Origin: an uncultured archaeon
Lineage (GTDB): Archaea > Asgardarchaeota > Thorarchaeia > Thorarchaeales > CAZPUN01
Length of the DNA stretch: 32,000 nt
NCBI GenBank assembly: GCA_964589775.1
Contig: CAZPUN010000039.1
Span: forward strand, 30,001-62,000
Direction of reading: 5' to 3'
Part shown: one piece after another, positions 27,652 through 32,000 of the stretch
Numbering within the stretch: the first letter of the stretch is position 1
How the letters are laid out: each line of letters opens with the position of its first letter
Made by a program: the position numbers and the translations under genes
The notes under the pieces: generated by a model
What the model was told of the DNA's origin: nothing
Seen by the model: the letters and a program-made list of their open reading frames with translations, nothing else
The model's database searches: none

Positions 27652-28632
27652 TCAAGATTTTTCATTATTTTGCTTTCGCTTCTTGATGACATGATTGAAT
27701 ATTGCCAATGCTACAAAACCAACAATCACACTGTACCATAGAGTTAGTAGGCGAATTAAGATTGTAGAAGCAATTGCAATGGATTCAATTGCGCCCATAC
27801 GTATCAGTAAGAATGATGCACTGAACTCAGCGGCACCAAGACCACCAGGAAGGAACGTAATTGCACCCACTACGGAAGCAGTAGCATGTACGAATATAGC
27901 TTGATTAATAGATAATGGAAATCCTAAAGCGTTTACAATGAGCCAGAGTGCGATACATTCCATAAGCCAACCAGGAACACTGATCAATGTGCTTAGGAGT
28001 AAAGGTTTTGGGGATAATGTAGCAGATAGAGTGTTTTTGACATCTTCAGCTTTTGCCTCCGGATTATTTTTGAATACGAGTCCAGCTAATTTTCCTAAAA
28101 CTTTATCATATAATTTTCCAGAACCCAAGAAGATAGCTAAACCCAACACAAGAACGCCCATTACGATAAGTGTTGTAGTCATTTCAGCCATGGCGGAAAT
28201 CCCAAACATAGCAAGAATTACCATGGCAAGCAGATCAGTAATTCGCTCAGAAATTACAACAGTAGCAGTTTTCATGATGGGCTCATCATTGACTTGATTT
28301 ACAAAGTATCCTTTTATTGTCTCACCGATTTTTCCGGGTGTTGTTGTTAATGTAAATCCGGCGAGAAATATGTTAAATGATATTTTCGCATCCAAATAAA
28401 CACCAATTCTATGAAGATAATATTGCCATTTGAAAAAGCGAATTACATAATTTGCAAGAGGCAATGCAAGCAGAATAGGAATGAGCCATAGAGGAATCAG
28501 GCTAAATAGTTGCACCATTTGATTAAATCCTACTAGGAGTGTAGCAATCAGATATATGGCAACACCTGCTATGACGAATGCTACGACCTTTCCGGGCGTA
28601 ATGATTTTCTTTTCAGTTTTTTCTGAAGTCAT
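27652..28632 (-). CDS. Flippase-like membrane protein (lysylphosphatidylglycerol synthase TM / UPF0104 family)
   Basis: RFFKW, TPGKIGE, ERITD, LPGGLGAAE, IRLLTLW. TAAATG junction with the upstream PHP gene. Confidence 0.9.
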   Translation of the reverse strand: MTSEKTEKKIITPGKVVAFVIAGVAIYLIATLLVGFNQMVQLFSLIPLWLIPILLALPLANYVIRFFKWQYYLHRIGVYLDAKISFNIFLAGFTLTTTPGKIGETIKGYFVNQVNDEPIMKTATVVISERITDLLAMVILAMFGISAMAEMTTTLIVMGVLVLGLAIFLGSGKLYDKVLGKLAGLVFKNNPEAKAEDVKNTLSATLSPKPLLLSTLISVPGWLMECIALWLIVNALGFPLSINQAIFVHATASVVGAITFLPGGLGAAEFSASFLLIRMGAIESIAIASTILIRLLTLWYSVIVGFVALAIFNHVIKKRKQNNEKS

Positions 28633-29364
28633 TTAGAACTCACCTATGAATTTGGATAGGACTACACGAAGATACTTCATTTCGAAACTAGCCAAGTGGG
28701 CAACATATCCCGATGGCTTACCGAATACTTTTTGGTCCCCTTTTAACAGGGCTTCTCTCAATTCATCGAGAGATTCTACTTCTGGTAATAAAGTTATCGC
28801 ACTAGCAATTTCCCATGGAAAGTGTGCATCAGATCCAGCAGTCAATGGCTTTCCTAATTTTCTGGCAAATTCTTGAGCGATTTCGTTGAATTCAGGTCTG
28901 AGACAGCGAGCATTGAATCCTTCGATCAAATCAACATGCTTCTTAATATCACTAATTTTCACATACCCATGTTTCCAATTAGAATAGCCTTCAATTTTCA
29001 ATCGGCTTTTATTTCTTATTGAATCAAAGGGGTGGGGTATTACAACAAGTCCATTTTGATCATGAATCATTTCAACAGTTTCAATAAAGCTAATCTTCTT
29101 AGGTACATGGTGTTCAACAAAAAGTCCAATTACTTCTCCTTGAAGAGTTTTTACTTCAACTCCGGGAATAACTAGGAAATTTTCAATTCTCGGTAATTTA
29201 TCTTTTTTCCATACCTTATTATGTTCAGTAAAAGCTAAACCGTTCAACCCACGTTTCTTTGCAAGCTTGAGCATACGATATGGTTCATTATAAGAATCTG
29301 TAGAATAGTAAGAATGATTATGAAAATCGAAGGCTGAAAAGCCTTCTTTAATTTGCCATTTCAT
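28633..29364 (-). CDS. PHP-family metal-dependent phosphoesterase
   Basis: DFHNHSYYSTD, FTEHN, PGVEV, PHPF, GSDAH. ATG at 29364 follows GAGGTGG. Confidence 0.92.
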   Translation of the reverse strand: MKWQIKEGFSAFDFHNHSYYSTDSYNEPYRMLKLAKKRGLNGLAFTEHNKVWKKDKLPRIENFLVIPGVEVKTLQGEVIGLFVEHHVPKKISFIETVEMIHDQNGLVVIPHPFDSIRNKSRLKIEGYSNWKHGYVKISDIKKHVDLIEGFNARCLRPEFNEIAQEFARKLGKPLTAGSDAHFPWEIASAITLLPEVESLDELREALLKGDQKVFGKPSGYVAHLASFEMKYLRVVLSKFIGEF

Positions 29365-29374
29365 CACAACCACC

Positions 29375-30313
29375 TCATGGTGGATTAAGGAAATCAAAGC
29401 TCACCTTGATTTCTGGGAAGAATGTACTCAACCATGTGAGGAAACCCATAATTTCTGCCCAGAAATAGAACAAAGCAGTAACAGATACAACAAATATGAT
29501 TCCACCATAAAGCATGGTTTTGTCAGATAATGCTTTGTGGGGTTTACGACCTGCAGGATGTCCAATGAAGACTAAATACATGTATCTCAAGACCAAACTG
29601 GCAACAATTGGAATTGTAATGATCAGTCGTTGCTGTACAGATTCACAATATAATGTGTAATAAAGAATAATCATTGCACCAGACATTGATATTGCATGGT
29701 CAAGAATGTTGTGATTGTATTTTCGCATGACTTTCTTGTGAGCTGCAGCTTCGTCTTTTAGAAGCAACATCTCATTTTTGCGTTTACTGAATCCGAGAAG
29801 TAATGCGACAAAGAATACACCAATTACAAGCCATGAAGTAAATGGAATGGATGCCAGAACACAACCGCCAATTGCACGCCATACAAATCCAATACCAATT
29901 GTAACTACGTCTATTATTGCTACATTCTCAAGATAATGATTGTAAATCTGGGTAGTTATGAAATAAAGGATAAGAATTAGGAAGAAAGCAAGACTGAGAA
30001 CATAGCCAAGGAACATGCCCGCGATGAATGTAAATATTGCAAATACCTTAGCAGAGCGAATAGAGATCTTTCCAGAGGGAAGAGGACGCTTTTTCTTTTC
30101 CGGATGAACTTTATCTTCCTCAATATCTTCGATATCATTAAGAATGTAGCTGGTACTAGATAATAGAGAGAATGCAAAGAACCCTACGATTAATGGGGGA
30201 TAATAGACCAATTCAAAGGCATGCATCGAGAACAACATTCCAATAAATACTAGCAAGTTTTTATACCATTGCCAAGGACGCATGAGATAGACGTAGTCGC
30301 GGGCACTTCCCAT
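29375..30313 (-). CDS. UbiA-family polyprenyl-phosphate phosphoribosyltransferase (DPPR synthase-like)
   Basis: RPWQWYKNLLVF, YILNDIEDIEEDKVHPEKKKRPLPSG, GFVWRAIGG, FSKRKNE: the signature of the mycobacterial Rv3806c-like subfamily. Confidence 0.9.
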   Translation of the reverse strand: MGSARDYVYLMRPWQWYKNLLVFIGMLFSMHAFELVYYPPLIVGFFAFSLLSSTSYILNDIEDIEEDKVHPEKKKRPLPSGKISIRSAKVFAIFTFIAGMFLGYVLSLAFFLILILYFITTQIYNHYLENVAIIDVVTIGIGFVWRAIGGCVLASIPFTSWLVIGVFFVALLLGFSKRKNEMLLLKDEAAAHKKVMRKYNHNILDHAISMSGAMIILYYTLYCESVQQRLIITIPIVASLVLRYMYLVFIGHPAGRKPHKALSDKTMLYGGIIFVVSVTALFYFWAEIMGFLTWLSTFFPEIKVSFDFLNPP

Positions 30314-30315
30314 TA

Positions 30316-31398
30316 TTATACCTCCGAATACTGATTGAATAACTTTCCATATGGTGTGTTAAAGTACCATTTCACGTATTTTTTGCCAAATAGAGGGAGC
30401 CAGAACCAGTCATGGTAGATTCCAGAAGCTGCACGGGGGAACTGGAAGAAGATAGTTCTGAACAGTAAATATTCAAGAGGCGAATCAAGAAATACTCTAT
30501 TATAATGGATAACAGGGCTTTGGGCCGGATTAAGGTGGAAGTTTGGCAATTCATCGATTGATGAAAAGTCTCCGGTGATCTTTATCTTATCTGGATTTGA
30601 TTCACCAAGTCCATACTCAGAAGCAATCTGCAGTTTCTTAATTGCTTTTAATGGAAGACCCATGACTAATGTCTGAACAGTATCAATTGCAACAGGGTCA
30701 TTTGAGGCTAAGAGGATATTACCAATATGCGGCACCATGGTTCTAGGACCGGGGCCATCGCCTAAGATAGTACCATCAGTTAGAATGAATGTGTTTGGTG
30801 CAACTTCCTTTTGAAGCATAAGAAGATCAACTAAGACCTCATGAATCTTGAGATGAGCCAAATGTCGATTCTTTGTCAGAAATAGACCAAATGAATTCTT
30901 TAAGGCACCAGTCATTCCGGAGTGACCATGAGTTTTAATCGTAGGCAGATGAATAATGTTCTTTCCAATCACAGACTTGGGAGCTATGACTTCATGGAAG
31001 ATATCTTCCAGAACCAAAGTCTTACGAGGTAACTTGACATGTACCCACTCATCTTGAACTAGAGGAACAAATTTAATCTTGTGCTTTTTCATTACAGGAA
31101 GCCAGCGGTTCTTACGAATACCCTGATAAATGTTAGTTACAACAGTTTCATTCTCAACAGCTGTAATCTTTTTGTTACTAATTCCGCCGTGATTAATCAA
31201 AGTATCAAGTAAATAATCGAAAATGTAAGGAGCAGTTGAACAAGCAGGATAGAATTTAGACCAACTAAGATTTAATTTAATTGCAATTTCCTGTTCAGGA
31301 GGCAAATATTTCTTATAGTTAGCAGCCTCCATAACCCTTCGAACATCATCATGAAGGGTCTCAGGAGATGTTTTTACTACAGCAACAGTACTTGTCAT
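30316..31398 (-). CDS. DUF362 domain protein
   Basis: IKLNLSW, KTHGHSGMTGALKNSFG, GDGPGP, SNDPVAID, GLGE. ATG at 31398 follows GGTGA. Confidence 0.88.
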   Translation of the reverse strand: MTSTVAVVKTSPETLHDDVRRVMEAANYKKYLPPEQEIAIKLNLSWSKFYPACSTAPYIFDYLLDTLINHGGISNKKITAVENETVVTNIYQGIRKNRWLPVMKKHKIKFVPLVQDEWVHVKLPRKTLVLEDIFHEVIAPKSVIGKNIIHLPTIKTHGHSGMTGALKNSFGLFLTKNRHLAHLKIHEVLVDLLMLQKEVAPNTFILTDGTILGDGPGPRTMVPHIGNILLASNDPVAIDTVQTLVMGLPLKAIKKLQIASEYGLGESNPDKIKITGDFSSIDELPNFHLNPAQSPVIHYNRVFLDSPLEYLLFRTIFFQFPRAASGIYHDWFWLPLFGKKYVKWYFNTPYGKLFNQYSEV

Positions 31399-31702
31399 AT
31401 AAATCACCTATCCATTCAATTATTAAATTTTGTCAAATCATTCCACATATATTACTGCAAATAAAAAATCGATTTTCCTTATATGTGTTATTGCTTAACT
31501 ATAAAAATATAATTGTTTTTGAAAAAGAAAAAACACGAATTATACTTCATAACACACTATATAGATCCTCTATTGAGAGAAAACTCTTTGTGTATATAAT
31601 TGTGCCAAATGGTTTTTTATTTATTCAAATGATATTTTTGAATACTAAATCCTCAAATCATAATCATTTTCAATTCTACAATTAGTTCATATTAAAAAAA
31701 TT

Positions 31703-31744
31703 AGGCGAATCATCACCGCTTTCTAAAGCGATGAGGACGCGCCT
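31703..31744 (-). repeat. Palindromic repeat copy 3 (IS200/IS605 left-end-like hairpin)
   Basis: AGGCGAATCATCACCGCTTTCTAAAGCGATGAGGACGCGCCT. The 25-nt core TCATCACCGCTTTCTAAAGCGATGA is identical to copy 1; outer arms AGGCG/CGCCT. Confidence 0.85.
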
Positions 31745-31754
31745 TATTCCAGCA

Positions 31755-32000
31755 TCAGATAAATGCAAGTAAGAATGTTAATATGGCGGTAGCAGTGGTC
31801 ATTAATAACGCAACGACTAGTGCGTATTTTATAATCTGCCCTTCAATACCAATTTTGTCTATTACCGCCGCTGCATTCTGTAATTTCGCTGGAGATAATA
31901 CACTTGCTAAACCACCCCCAATACCATTAGCAGCTCCAACAACTAATGCATTAGCACCAATAAGCTGGGCAGTCTCACTATGATAGCGAGTGAACATAGC
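31755..32000 (-). CDS. L-lactate permease (LctP family), C-terminal end; gene begins beyond the window
   Basis: ANGIGGGLASVLSPAKLQNAAAVIDKIGIEGQII resembles the LctP C-terminal motif. The frame is open to the window edge. Confidence 0.8.
   Translation of the reverse strand, partial: AMFTRYHSETAQLIGANALVVGAANGIGGGLASVLSPAKLQNAAAVIDKIGIEGQIIKYALVVALLMTTATAILTFLLAFI

Noticed and set aside
20115-31744. CRISPR array from the three ~40-bp palindromic repeats
   Set aside because: The copies are 2 kb and 9.5 kb apart with no regular spacers, and there are no cas genes.
3214-31983. Numerous short ORFs in the track (e.g. 3214-3570, 5170-5571, 18474-18920, 21732-22028, 31368-31685)
   Set aside because: They are antisense or alternate-frame shadows of well-supported genes, or low-complexity AT-rich frames without an RBS or family motifs.

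Overview
AT-rich archaeal window, most likely from an Asgard archaeon. The lineage is inferred from GGTGA/GGAGG ribosome-binding sites, frequent TTG starts, two arrestin-fold genes, and a 1640-aa single-pass surface protein with a cytoplasmic longin-like domain. About 23 protein-coding genes are supported: an ABC permease/ATPase pair, DUF401, an AOR plus class II aldolase pair, a beta-propeller/Ca-binding surface protein, a NifX-like protein, an M18 aminopeptidase, a SIS protein, an MFS-HhH fusion, SfsA, a glycogen-debranching-like protein, a DtxR-family regulator, a DUF362-UbiA(DPPR synthase)-PHP-flippase operon and a lactate permease end. The best non-coding find is a 220-bp non-autonomous IS200/IS605-type element (21988-22207, minus strand) with a left-end hairpin, a tnpB C-terminal remnant, a GC-rich putative omegaRNA scaffold and a right end. 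It sits inside the last codon of an arrestin-fold gene, supplies that gene's stop codon, and precise removal regenerates the same C-terminus. Two more copies of its left-end hairpin occur in the window. All family calls come from motif recognition, not database searches.
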